A DNA stretch of 64,000 nt from the NCBI GenBank assembly GCA_973895155.1, contig OZ316899.1:11149575-11213574 (forward strand). The letters are read 5' to 3'. Position numbers and translations under genes: made by a program. Source of the stretch: Marsupella aquatica. Lineage: Eukaryota; Plantae; Marchantiophyta. The notes under the pieces are model-generated. The model ran no database searches and was not told the DNA's origin. It worked only from the letters and a program-made list of their open reading frames with translations. Shown here piece after piece: positions 49,089-61,100 of the stretch; the stretch's first letter is position 1, and every line of letters begins with the position of its first letter.

Positions 49089-52055
49089 AAACATCATCAT
49101 CATAAGCCTCTGAAATGTGTTGGACCCATTACATAATCCAAAGGGTAGTACTAAGCATTGAAACGCACCCCATTCCGTAATAAACGTTGTTAATTCTCTA
49201 GCTTCCAAAGCTAATCGTACCTGACTGTATCCACTGTAACCATCCAGAAATGAATATGCGGATTTCCTACGACGTCTAATACTGCTTCAAGGAAAGGTAC
49301 AGGAAATGGATCTTTAATCGTTGTTGCATTTAGCTTGCGGAAATCAATGCATACCCTGAGTTTCCCATTTTTCTTTGGTACTACTACTATGGGTGACAAC
49401 CATGTGTAACGATTAACGGGTTCAATAAATTTTGCATCCAGTAATCTTTGTATTTCCTCTTTGACCTTCTCAGCATAATTTGGGTTCATTCGATACCGTT
49501 GTACTGGTATCGATCCTGGTATCAACCTTATCCGATGCACTCCAATCGTTTCTGGTATTCCTTTTAACTCGGTATAATCCCAAGCGAAAACATCCCTGAA
49601 TTCCTCAAGTAGAGTAGTAAGTTGCTATTTGATTTCTTGCGTCAGCTGCTTCCCAATTTTTACCTCTCGTGGTTTTTCATCGTCGCCCAAATTAATCTTT
49701 TGAGTATGTTCTTCTTCAGTGGCACTCCGACTGATGACTTTTTCTGGAATATTTTTCAAAGTCGTAGAAGCTTCTTCTTCTACTAGAGTGCAATCTTGAA
49801 TGCCTTGTGGGTTAATGTGATTCAATAAATCACTTCTCAAATCATGATCCATTTTCTCTTTGGTCATCCCTTGTATGTCGTCTAATTTAACCACTTCCAC
49901 TTCACTAATTGGTATTAAGTTAGGACGACATTTCATATAAGTTTCTTCTTCCTCTTCATTCAACCCTTCAGCCCAATTAAGTGTACATACCCTAGCCATG
50001 GGTGGTGTGCTATCATCGATGGCTTTGGTACAAATCTTGAATATTTCTCCACGATGTTCAATTTTAATATAATCTTTGTCTTCGCCCCAGTGTTGCTTAA
50101 CCTTGGCCTGCCATAGCCATGGCCGTCCCAACAGCATTGGTTGCCCCATGGTAGAATCTGCGTCCCTCAGAACTACTACGCCCAGATTATACTTAATGTT
50201 GGAGATTAACATAGGTAAGTCTGGCACATAGCCTAGTGGGTGACAACTACTCTGATCAACCATTACTAAATTAAAAGGTGCTGGTAATAATTTCACTTTT
50301 CCCAACATTCTTACGTCCGTTCACTCATAAGATTTACTGCAGATCCTCCATCTAATAGAACATTCTTCAATTTGATTCCCTTTACACTTATTTGGAGTAC
50401 TGCTCCGTTATCGATTAAAGAAATTTTTCCTGCTTGATATAAAGGTACTCCTGGCAATGTTGTCGGGGTTGTTTTACCCTCCAGCTTTCTTAACACTGCT
50501 TCCTTACATTGTGGTGCTAATTAAAATAGCTCTTCTATAGTAAGATCTACCCATGTTTTTGATATAAGCTGCACTAGCTTGTCAGCCATCCTTTTGCTTG
50601 CTTCTTCGGGCGTTGCTGGTAGATTGTCGTTATCACACGATTGATCCGAGTTTAAATCTTGAATCGGTTCTTGTTCTTCCAAAATCTTGGTTTCAACCTC
50701 AGCATAGGGTTCAGAACGTGTTAATTGTCCTGGTTGAGGTAATACCTTGTTTTGCTGTTCTCGATGAATCCCGTCGGCCACATTGTGTGTCGTCGTGTCC
50801 ATACGCTGCCAATAAAAAATGGCCTCATTCCCGGTCGGAAGGTCTTCTGGCGCCGACTCTCCAAGCTGTCCTTGAGATCTGGTCACCACATAAGCCGCTA
50901 CCTTTACTGTGTTTACCGGTGCTGGGGTTTTTGCTGCAACTTCTTCCTTTTCCATCATGTGTTTCATCCATACTTCACAATCTGGGCCTCTTATGTGTCC
51001 TGTCAGTCGACAGTAAAAACAAATAGGGGGTATCTTACTCCCCCTTCTTTATACGGCCTCCAATTAAGATTTCTGTCAGGATTGTAGTAACCTTGGCTAG
51101 CCTCTACACGATCTCCCTCTTGTTTACTTGTTCCTACATGATTGACTCCCACGTTTGTTCTTTTCTTAAAGGGATTTTGGTTACATTCTTGAGTGGTATG
51201 CCCTGGCCTCATGTGAATTTCGCAAAATTTCCGGTTACTATTCTCGTTCCATTCTCTGTTTTCCTGTCGTTCCTTAATCTCTTTGCTTTCAATTTTAGCT
51301 GTTTCCGCCTTACAACTCACTTTTTCCTCATCTTTATTGCTTTCATTTTTCTCCTGATTCAACATTTGAGTGATGCCTTCTAATCGTATTAATTTCTTTT
51401 CATACTCATCCGCGTTAGAAGTAGGATTTTGTTCTACCACGATTACTAGACTTCCTTTTACTGCTTTCCTCATCCAACTAATCCTTTGACCATCTGAGGG
51501 TTTGTTTGTTAATTGTCTCATAGTTACTTTTAATCGTCCGATATAATTTTGCACCGGTTCACCCTTCTTTTGTGTCATGTTCTGTAGTATACTGTAAAGA
51601 TCTGACTCTTCTTTTGCTCTCCTATAATGATCTAGAAACTCTTTTGCAAAATCAGGCAAGGTTTTAAAGTGATCAGTGGGAAACTGTGTGTACCATACAA
51701 ATGCTTCCTTGTCCAAAGAACTTGGAAATAGCTCTAATCGTGCTGTATCGTTATGTTCATGATTAGCTCTGAGCATCTCCTCAAACCGAGCCAAATGTGT
51801 ATATGCATCCTCGTCCAATGCTCCTTTAAGAGTTGGTATTTTAACTCGCCGTGTCGCAGTTGGCACTATTCTCAAGTTACTTCCGCCTGTAGGTTGAATC
51901 TTAAGTCGCTCCATTGTATCTTCTATAACTTGCTCTTCTCTCTCTTGTGCTCTGGATGTTTTGATTGTGTCGTTGATTTCTACTCTTGGCCTACTTTCTT
52001 GAAAGGCTTCAAATTCACTCTCCATTTCTTCTTCTCTAATTGGTGTTTTACCCAT
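49089..52055 (-). pseudogene. gag-protease-RT remnant of gypsy A
   Basis: Gag with LFPSSL.KEAFVWY and knuckle CEIHMRPGHTTQEC (51003-52055); protease LLDGGSAVN; RT WLSPIVVVPKKNGKLRVCIDFRKLN; frameshifts and stops. Confidence 0.9.
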
Positions 52056-52230
52056 CTATCAATCATACTTAATCAAGATCGATCAACCATCATTCACAAC
52101 TTCAAGGTAAAGTCATTTCCAAAAATTTGTTGCAATTGAATAATAATCCGCGTTCTCAATGCATACAAGATTGATACCGTCTCCTTTACTTAACTGAGAC
52201 TATGTGCTCCATTGGAACAACATCTATTTG

Positions 52231-52804
52231 CTAATTGTGGGTGTATAGTCCTCCGGAGTCATCAACTCCATCTCGAAGCACATCGTTAGCAGTTGGGCTA
52301 ACAAATAATACTCGAATATCCTCCTTGCACCATAACATACAACTTTTGCAAGCTCTTGTATTCTCTCTAAGCTTTATACTCAGTCGTCTAGTAATCCTAC
52401 CAATTTGGAGTGCGATTGCTATTGGATACTCGTTGCAATTCCACCGACACCACTCCAACACTCTCTTTAACTCAACTTTCTTCTTTGGAAGTCGACTTTG
52501 TATGCAGCACCTTGGCAGATTGTTACTAGGCACCATTATCACTGCTGTTGAAGGCCTTGTGTAAACTGAGCCGAGGATGTGTTGTGCGTCTGCAAACTCC
52601 CCACACTCCGTTACGTGCTTCTTGTATCACCAGTTCGGTCTGCGCCGCGGTGGTATGCACGATCAGTATGACATCTTCTCTTCTAGCGTTGTTTTCTCCG
52701 CTTATCAAGTTCTTGTACTCTTCTTCATTCAGCGCCGTAATAATGGGCAGTTCCGCATCTTCATTAAAGTAGAATAATGTCCAAAATTCTTTCCTCTCAC
52801 TCAT
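52231..52804 (-). pseudogene. Possible accessory ORF upstream of gag (two overlapping frames)
   Basis: ATG at 52804, ~110 bp after the PBS; ORFs 52526-52804 and 52231-52542 overlap by 17 nt; no recognised domain. Confidence 0.35.
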
Positions 52805-52909
52805 GTTTTTCTTTCGTTGAACTCACTTCTTGATCTGTTTCCAACCGTTTCTTGGTTTGGACTGCAGGTACTAGCAGCTTCCTTCTCTAGGAACCCTTCA
52901 AAGAGGCAT

Positions 52910-52927
52910 TCCCCAGTATGGTCGCCA
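52910..52927 (-). promoter_or_regulatory. Primer-binding site, probably tRNA-Arg
   Basis: TGGCGACCATACTGGGGA three nt after the LTR end; resembles Arg-type TGGCGAC... PBSs of Tat/Ogre-like elements. Confidence 0.7.
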
Positions 52928-52930
52928 AAA

Positions 52931-54876
52931 TGTTAAACACTAATTCTTCCCTACGATTAACTCAACTTAACCCTTCTCTATTCATTCGCGTTTGTATTAA
53001 CCGATTAATCGTCCAACAACAGGGTAATCTAGTAAATCATTTTCATATTCTGAACATGTAATTTCCGCTGAATGTTCTTCGATGTCTACTTCTTCTTTCC
53101 ACTTCCTGGGTACAATCGACTCAGTTAATACTAATCCTTCCCTGTATACAATTTCTATAAATCCACACCACTCACGATAAGTGAAAATACAAATTGGAAT
53201 ACTCTCTTCCCTTAACCGACGAGTAATTAGGTGCAAACCAATCAAACAGATCCACAATTCAATTGGCCTGAGCCTAATTAGTGAGGAATTCTTCCTATCC
53301 TCGTCGCTAGTATTCATACTTCCAGTGATTGTGATCTGATTAGATCCAATCGTCTCATTGATACTCCCACCAGGGGTTTGATCAATTACTTATGCTACAA
53401 AGTAGATCAAGAAAGGCTATTCGTAAATAGAATGTCAATTCAACAATTACTCCGTTATGCTGCAGGTGTATGACAATTAGATTGTCATTCTTGAAACACA
53501 CACACTTCAGCCAGACTCCACTGCTTATGAGTTGTCTCTTGGTTTGATTCCGTAAGGTGTTACTCCTCAACGTGTTCACTCTGAGTGAATTAATCCTCAT
53601 TCATTCTTGCGGTCAAAATATGACCGTCTTAACATACTTCTGTCTAATCCTTGATTTATAACTTTAACAGATTCAACTCTCTTTATAATTCCGATTGTCT
53701 TACTCAATCTTCTCTTTAATTTTCCCTCTCCTCAATTCTGAATCCCTTCACTCTCAATTCTTAATCTTGTAGTCAATCACCATCTCTTTTTGTAGACTCT
53801 CTCAACAACGTACTCATCCACGAACAATTCATCAGGTTGTGTCATAATGATTTCTTTACTTCTCAACATCAAAAATTCTACTCACATCTGAGTAGGGAAC
53901 ACTTAAACAGATCTACTGATCATCTTAAGGAAAGTCTGGCTTCGCCTTTCAATTAGATTACCTATTGCAAAAGTGACACTATGTTCTACACTCTTGCCTG
54001 TCTTAAATACTATCTTCCGGCAAAATTATCGGTCTTCAAACTGTCCGACTAACAAAAATGGTTATCTAACTTACTAATCCAACATAATTGCATAGCAGTT
54101 AATAAACTGCTATTTTGCAGTTACTAAACCGCAATCCGTAGTTTCCAATTGGTATACTCTGTTCAACTGAGACTACTGCATCGAACATTTCTGTAAGCGA
54201 TTGGTGGTTGGAGTCGTGGTTTTTGAACTGCCAATGGTTAAGCTTCTCAATTCTGATGTCACATGATAAACATTCAATGGATCTTCTGGATCACTAATGT
54301 TTCAAAAAACAATTACTCGTTCAGCGGCGATTAGCCTCCAGCAGTGACGTTGTCGTTGATCGAGTTCTCGTCCCAACGTCAGGTTCCACTTTGATGACAT
54401 GATTCCCCTGCAAAATTCTTCAACAGCTTCTTGAGTAGTCAACTGTTGTTGGAAAGTTTCACCATTCATGCTAAAAAGCTGCTGCCCTGCTTCATTCCAT
54501 ACTCGGCAGTCTCCCTCCCTAAGGCGGATCATAAATCGGAACATGGGCTTCCCCTCTCCTACAAGCTTGCAAAAATGAGTGCTTCGATCCCTACTAAAAA
54601 CGTTTGATCGTTCTTCTCCCCTTTGCCTTCGTTGTCTTGCTTTCACCCCCACAGTGCAATCTCTGCCGTCTCCTAGCTTGGTATCGCATCCTTCATAGCA
54701 AAACCCTAATCCGGTACTACTCCAAATAGCAAAAATTGTCGTGCCTTCTAGTGTTAGTCTCCCATCCATCTTACTAAGCTATTTCCACCTGCCACTGATC
54801 CCCTTAAATACTTGATCTATTATCTTCCGCTTGACGTTTCTCCACTAATTCTACTTAATTATTTTCTTGGTTTACA
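52931..54876 (-). repeat. 5' LTR of gypsy A (~1.95 kb)
   Basis: TG...CA, bounded by the PBS and the TSD; 52931-53220 duplicated at 48799-49088. Confidence 0.85.
54302..54769 (-). CDS. RPA1 C-terminal-like (OB-fold) protein encoded inside the LTR, 155 aa
   Basis: Intact ATG-to-stop ORF; FCYEGC...C...HFC...PMFRFMIRL...RVWNEAGQQLFSMNGETF...IMSSKWNLTL parallels RPA70 DBD-C (WYxAC...C...RYIMxVKV...AFNDEAEKIIGxxAxEL...FRIxV). Confidence 0.5.
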   Translation of the reverse strand: MDGRLTLEGTTIFAIWSSTGLGFCYEGCDTKLGDGRDCTVGVKARQRRQRGEERSNVFSRDRSTHFCKLVGEGKPMFRFMIRLREGDCRVWNEAGQQLFSMNGETFQQQLTTQEAVEEFCRGIMSSKWNLTLGRELDQRQRHCWRLIAAERVIVF

Positions 54877-54910
54877 GGCCTCAACTACTTTTAGGCCTTG
54901 CTTAGTAATT
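54877..54910 (-). pseudogene. Tandem-BRCT reading frame, fragment 1
   Basis: Encodes ITKQGLKVVEA in frame with SWITYS at 48793 after removing gypsy A. Confidence 0.65.
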
Positions 54911-57900
54911 TGTGGGATGGCTCAGTGTCAGCTAGTGTAGAGAAACATGACATTCTTTCGTTTAGAAGAGGAAATAGTTAGGGAAAAAGTTTTAGTGCTA
55001 TCAGAGTAGCTAGGTTTAGGGCACTTAAGTAAGAAGGGAAGCTTAGTAGAGGTAAGAGGGAATTTTAGTTATGCAAAGTTATCTAGGGGTAAGCAAGTTA
55101 CTATAGGAGGGGCAGGAAACTAGTTCCGTCCTTAGTTATAATAGGCGACTAAGTCGGGACCGAAAAATGACCCGACACCGGACATCTTATTTTTGGCTGA
55201 TATTTCTCCCATGGGTGCTGGGAGGTCCCTAGGGAACCCTGAAAAAGTATGAAGTCAAGTGGGGTCTTAACCTAGGAGTTATAAGTATTTTGGCAAAAAT
55301 CAAAGTTACCAAATAGCGGGTCCCGGGAAAAATAGCTGATGGGTAAATGTAGGGGTTCCAAGTTTGGAAGTGGGTTAAGTATGGTCCCCTCTATCCCTAG
55401 AAACTTGTGGGACAACTTTGTCACACTTGGTTACTTTTTGGGAGCATCTCAAAGTTGAGAAGAATTTTGGAAGACATAAAGACTTGACCCTCTTTGCCTA
55501 ATTTTAGAAAAGTTGTTATAGGGTTTTGTTTATATCTTAGTAAACCCGGACATAGTCCTATGTCCATAGAATCAGTGGAGCTACTCAGAAGTCCTTTTGG
55601 ACTTATGTGTGAGTTTTGGAGGGGGGTCCAAAATCGCCCCAAAATGCTGTTTTTCCAAAAAAAAATGTATTTTTTTCTAAGTGTAAACCGCGTGGGCGAC
55701 GATCACGCGGCGAGCACGAGGCAAGGAGGAGCGAGCACGAGGCAAGGAGGAGCAAGCACGAGGCTGGTGAGGACGTCAAGCACCGGGAGGCTGTCCAAAG
55801 GTGCTGCATGATTACTTGAGGAATCAATTGAGCACAAGGGCGGCTGAATTGAAGGAAGGGCGGCTGAATTGAAATGGCTGCTGCTGATTGAAGAAGCAAG
55901 GGCTGCTGCTGATTGAAGAAGCAAGGGCTGTTGCTGATTGAAGAAGCTATGGCTGCTGAGAAGGAAAAGAGCTATGGCTGCAAATTAGGATCGCTGCTGG
56001 CTTTGAATTGGGAAGGCTGCTTGCTGCTATGACAGCTGCACACTAGATTAGAGGTGCTCCTACTAATCAGGCACGAGATGCTCATGAGAATTGGCTGGCT
56101 GCTGCCTTGATGCTGCTGAATTGAATGATGCTGCTGCTAGCTGCGAAATTGCAAAGGTGGGCAGCTACGAAATTGAGAAGAGAGACCTGCTTGACTGAGA
56201 AGGAATCAAGCTATGGTTGCTGCTGCTGTGCTTCAAATCTGCTGTTGTTGTGCTGTAAATGCGCTGATGTGACTGTGCTGCTAGCTGCGAAATTGACTGT
56301 GTTGCTAGCGGCAAAATTGAAGAGGTGAGCTAGCTGCGAAATTGACTAGGCTGGCTGTGAGCTATGGTGGCTGTGAAATTGAGGGGCTGGCGGCTGATCA
56401 GCTGGACTGCTGCACAAGAAAGAATCCAATAGAGAATGCTGTGGTTTTAGATTGAATTCACGAGAGAGAAATGGCTGCAAACATTGCTGTCCTTACAATT
56501 TCTTCATAAGAAACATGAGTATAATGAGAGTGCTCTCCCCTCATGACACGTGGAATCCCCATAAGGGGCATGTAAGGTAAGTGTAATCGGGCCGCCGCTT
56601 ACACCCGCTTTACACCAAAAACAGGCCTTGGGAGAATGGGCATAACTTTGGCTAGAGGTATCCGTTGGGGCCCAAATTTTTTTGTGCTGAGTTAGGGGAA
56701 GATAAGGCACCCCCTGGTGAAGGTGGAACCCCAGAAAAGTAATCACTCAAATATATTTTTAACCGAGGCCACGAGGGAGTCCCGACAACTTGCAAACCAA
56801 AGTCGGCATAGGGGAATGAATACCAGATTTAGGGGCTGACCTTTCTTGCACCCATACCACTTGAGTTAGGCTCTAGAGAAGGGTACTTACCTTTGGCCAA
56901 AGGTGTAAGGCCATCAAGTTAAGAAAAGTAAATATAGGGGGTAGTTTACTTAGGGTAGTAAAGGGGTTACAAGTAAAATAAGGCCAACTTTGACTAGGCA
57001 CAACTTGAGACTCACTCACTCTTTTTGCAAGCTTTCAAGTGGGTTGGTAAGCTGGTGAGGAGGACCATAAGTGGGAGTAGGTTTGGAAGTCAAAGCATAC
57101 CACTCATGTGTGGCATATTCCAGGGCTTGGAAGGAGGCAAAATAGCAAGTAGTAGGGTGGGCTATGAACTATAGAGTTGGACTTTGTGTGTTAGGAGGAC
57201 TTGGGGGAGGTATAGTTGGACCCCAGGTCAAGCTTGGTGTGATGTGGAAGGAGATAGTATATAAGGAGGAAGTTTTCATTTGTTAGGGACCGGGAGTCTC
57301 ATCTCTTAAGTGAAATCTCTACCTTGCCAAGGTAGGGCTAAGCTTGAGAAAGGAGAGGTGGTCCATGCTTAGTGTGGAGAATGTGTAGTGAACTTTTGTT
57401 GTAAAGGTGATGCAATAAAAGGAGACTTACCAATCTTCATTGTGACCATTAAGTGTGAGTGCATTTGAAGTATATGAGAGCAAGAGAAGAGTCCATGCTA
57501 TGGTATAATCTTGGTCTAAGCTTGAAGGGGATGTGCTAGTACAAAACCAAGGCCAAGGAGGCAAGGTTAAGGTATAGCATTACTTTGAGACTTAGAGAGG
57601 ATTATAGCTTGAGGGTGGAAAGTACTTTGCTTGGTGTGTGGTGTTAACAAGAAGTAAGAACAAGAGGAAGAGTCCTTAGATAGAGGAGCCTTCTCTAGGG
57701 CTCAAAGGGGATGTGTGGACCCAAACCAAGGCCAGGGGGGCAAGGTTGAGGGGTAACACTACTTTGAGGGTCTTGAGGAGACTTAAGCTTGAAGAGGAAA
57801 GTACTTTGGGTTCTTGGGTGTTTGTGTGAGAATCTACTCTAAGGTGACAGCTTGGAGCGGAGATCCCCCTTGCTGATCCTTGGAGTAGAGGAGAGGGGAA

Positions 57901-58089
57901 GGGGTGAGTACAAAAGTAGTCAAGGGGACTACCTCTCTAGAAGTGGAGAGTTGAAACTACTTATGTATGGAGTGATTGGACATTGTAAGCACACTTCAGA
58001 AGTTTTGTCAATCCTTTGTGACCCTGGTATGACATGGAGCAGGTATTAGGTAGTCTTTTGGGGAGAAAAGCCGCTTAAGCTCCTTGGCA
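54911..58089 (-). repeat. 3' LTR of gypsy B (~3.18 kb)
   Basis: Abuts the PPT; homologous to solo LTR 45482-46971; TATATA near 57258; short internal repeats at 55710-55960. Confidence 0.85.
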
Positions 58090-58128
58090 AGCCCCCTACT
58101 TAAGTGTGCAGCGTCCCCGCAAACACAC

Positions 58129-61100
58129 TTATTCCTGATTAAAGTACCTTTTCAACCTATCATGATGCACTCTAGTAGGGAACACCTCTCCTTCAAGAGT
58201 AGCAAGCTGAATTGACCCATTAGCATAAACCTGGTGAACAACATAAGGACCCAACCACCGAGTATGCAACTTGCCTGGAAAATGAGCATACCTACTGTCA
58301 TAGAGTAATACCAGTTGTCCAGCAAGTAAAGAAGTTGGCTTCTTCAACTTCTTGTCATGATGTTGCTTCACTTGAGCTTGCTTCTTCTTCACTTGCTTGC
58401 TTGCCTCTTCCCGGATTTCCTCCAACTCCTCCAGCTGGTAAGCTCTCTCCATTAAACTCTGGTCAGCCTCCATTCTCTCCTCCACACTTACCCTCAAAGT
58501 AGGCACTTCAAACTCAACAGGTACAAGGGAGTGTTGTCCAAATACTAGGTAGAAAGGACTATGGCCGGTTGTGGTCTTGAAAGCAAGGTTGTAGGAGTAC
58601 ACAGCTGAGTATAATTTGTCATCCCAATCAGTCTTGTGTGCCGCCACGGTTTTGTTCAAGATCTTGCCAATGATGCCATTAGCTCTCTCCGTTAATCCAT
58701 TGGCCTTGGGGTGATAGGGGGTGGTCTTCCTATGCTTAATCAAGTAATGGTTAGTGAGCTCCTCCACAACTTCATTCAAGAAGTGAGTCCCCCTATCACT
58801 AACCAGCTCTAGAGGTGGCCCAAATCTGGTAAAAATCTGTTGATACATGAACCTTGCTACTGTGAGAGCATTATCCTTGCTGGTTGGTCTTGCCTCTACC
58901 CACTTAGTAGCATAATCAGTTGCAAGAAGGATGTATCGATTCCTTCTAGACCTGGTCACAGGAGTGATGGGACCTATGAAATCTATACCCCACTTCTCAA
59001 AAGGTGCAAGAGGTAAGATGGTGGTAAGAGGGTGATGCCTTGAGTGAGCTGGCTTACCTGTCCTTTGGCAAGGGTCACATCCCCTCACAAAAAGACTTAC
59101 ATCCTTATGAAGTGTTGGCCACCAATACCCTGCATCAAGAATTTTCCTTGCTGTTGTTGCACTTGCATAATGGCCACCAGCCTCCTCCTCATGCATAGCT
59201 CTCATCACAATGGAGATTTCCTTCTTCTCCAAACACCTCCTTAGTCTCCCATCAACTCCTTCCTTGTGAAGGACACCCTTCACCAATAAGTAAGGTCTGA
59301 TTTTTCTCAGGAAAACAGCAGCCTCCTCTTGGTTCAAATCTCTTGGTAGCCGGGTTGTGAGAAGAAATTGGATGATATCCAAATACCATGTATCTCCTCC
59401 ACTTCCCACATGAAAGAGGTCTTCATCTGGAAACTGATCATCCACCTCCTTCAAGTCCTCTTCTCCTTCAATCCTTGAGAAGAAGTCTGCATTCCCATGC
59501 TTCTTACCAGGCCTGACCCTCACCTCATAATCAAACTCTTGGAGCAACAAGATCCACCTTGCCACTCTACCAGTTACATCAGGTTTATTCACCATATACT
59601 TGAGAGCATTGTGATCAGTATGAAAGACCACCTTATAGCCCAACAAGTAGTGCCTAAACTTCTTACAAGAGTAGATGATTCCTAGAGCTTCTCTATCGGT
59701 TGGTGAGTAATTCTTTTCAGCTGGTGCCAATAGTCTACTTGCAAAGTAGATAGGGTGATCCCTATTCTGGTCATCAAGTTGACTAAGCACCACACCAATA
59801 CAAAAGCCAGACACATCCACATACACATGAAATTCTCTACTCCAATCTGGTGCTATCAAGATAGGGGCTTCAACCAACCTGTTCTTCAACTCCTGAAAAC
59901 TTGCTAGCCTCTCAACTGAGGGTTCAACCTCAGCCCCCTTCTTAAGCATGCTGGTTAGGGGTAAAGCTACTTTAGCAAAGTCCTTAATGAACCTTCTATA
60001 GTAGTTTAAACATCCCAAGAATCCCCTCAACTCTGTCACTGAAGTTGGAAACTTGACAGCCATCCAAACAGCAACCTTCTCTTGGTCCACTTCTATGCCC
60101 TTCTTGGATACCTTGTGGCCAAGTAGTATCCCTTCTTCCACACCAAAGAAGCACTTCCCTGGGTGAAGCTTCAAACCAACTTCCCTACATCTTTGGAAGG
60201 TCATCCTCAAATGTTCAACATGGTCCTTCCCCCTTCCAAAAACAGCAAAGTCATCTATGAATACTTCCAAGAACTTTCTCAAGTAGTCATGAAAGATATT
60301 CATCATCAACCTTTGGAACATACCAGGGGCATTACAAAGACCAAAAGGCATCCTCCGAAAGGCATAAATCCCCCACTCAGTAGTAAAGGCTGTCTTCAAC
60401 TGGTCCTCCTTCCTTATCCAAATCTGGTTGTAACCTGAGTACCCATCTAGGAAGCTATACACTTCCCAACCAGCTACTAAATCAAGTACCATATCAGTAA
60501 ATGGAATGGGATAGTGGTCCTTCTTAGTGGCCTCATTGAGTTTCCTAAAGTCTTGGCAAACTCGGATCTTAGGCTTACCATCCAAGCCTGGTTTCTTTGG
60601 TACTATGACAATTGGAGAAACCCACTCACTATTCAACACAGGATAGATGAAACCTGCTTCCAGCAATTTGTCTATCTCTTCCTTCACCATCAAGGAGTAC
60701 TTGGGATTCATCCGATATTGCCTTTGTCTCACAGGTGAAGCTCCTAGCATCAAGTCGATTCTATGCTCACCAAGTTCAGGGTTTACACCAGTAAGATCCA
60801 AGTGACTCCAAGCAAACACATCCACATATTCACCTAGCAAATCTTGGATAGTTTTCTCTTCACCTGATCCCAGGGCATTTCCCAAGTTGAAGGTCTTGTC
60901 TTGCTGGACAGAGATGGTTCTGTACTGCTCAGCTCGAATCACCTCCATCTTGTTCCTCATTGTGGAGTCAAAAGTGCCCTCAAGTTGTGCCAACCTCATG
61001 CCTCCATAGACGGGTGCATTTTCAGCACTTAACTCCTCCTTCTCCTTGCTTGAATGCTGGTCTTCCTGAGTCTCATCCTCCTCTGAGTTTGCAGCCTTCA

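Larger units (their letters stand above)
48799..54876 (-). mobile_element. Ty3/gypsy LTR retrotransposon A, internally deleted
   Basis: Perfect TSD GGCCT (48794-48798, 54877-54881); 5' LTR 52931-54876; 290-bp 3' LTR remnant 48799-49088 fused directly to RT sequence; RNase H and integrase missing. Confidence 0.92.

Noticed and set aside
54302-54769. Helitron insertion explaining the RPA-like ORF
   Set aside because: No Rep/helicase sequence or clear TC...CTRR ends with a hairpin seen; cannot be fully excluded without sibling LTRs.
57250-57425. LTR in + orientation, suggested by TATATAAGG and AATAAA on the + strand
   Set aside because: The minus-strand PPT abuts the LTR end at 58089 right after the pol stop, and TATATA reads the same on both strands. 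It is the 3' LTR of the minus-strand element.
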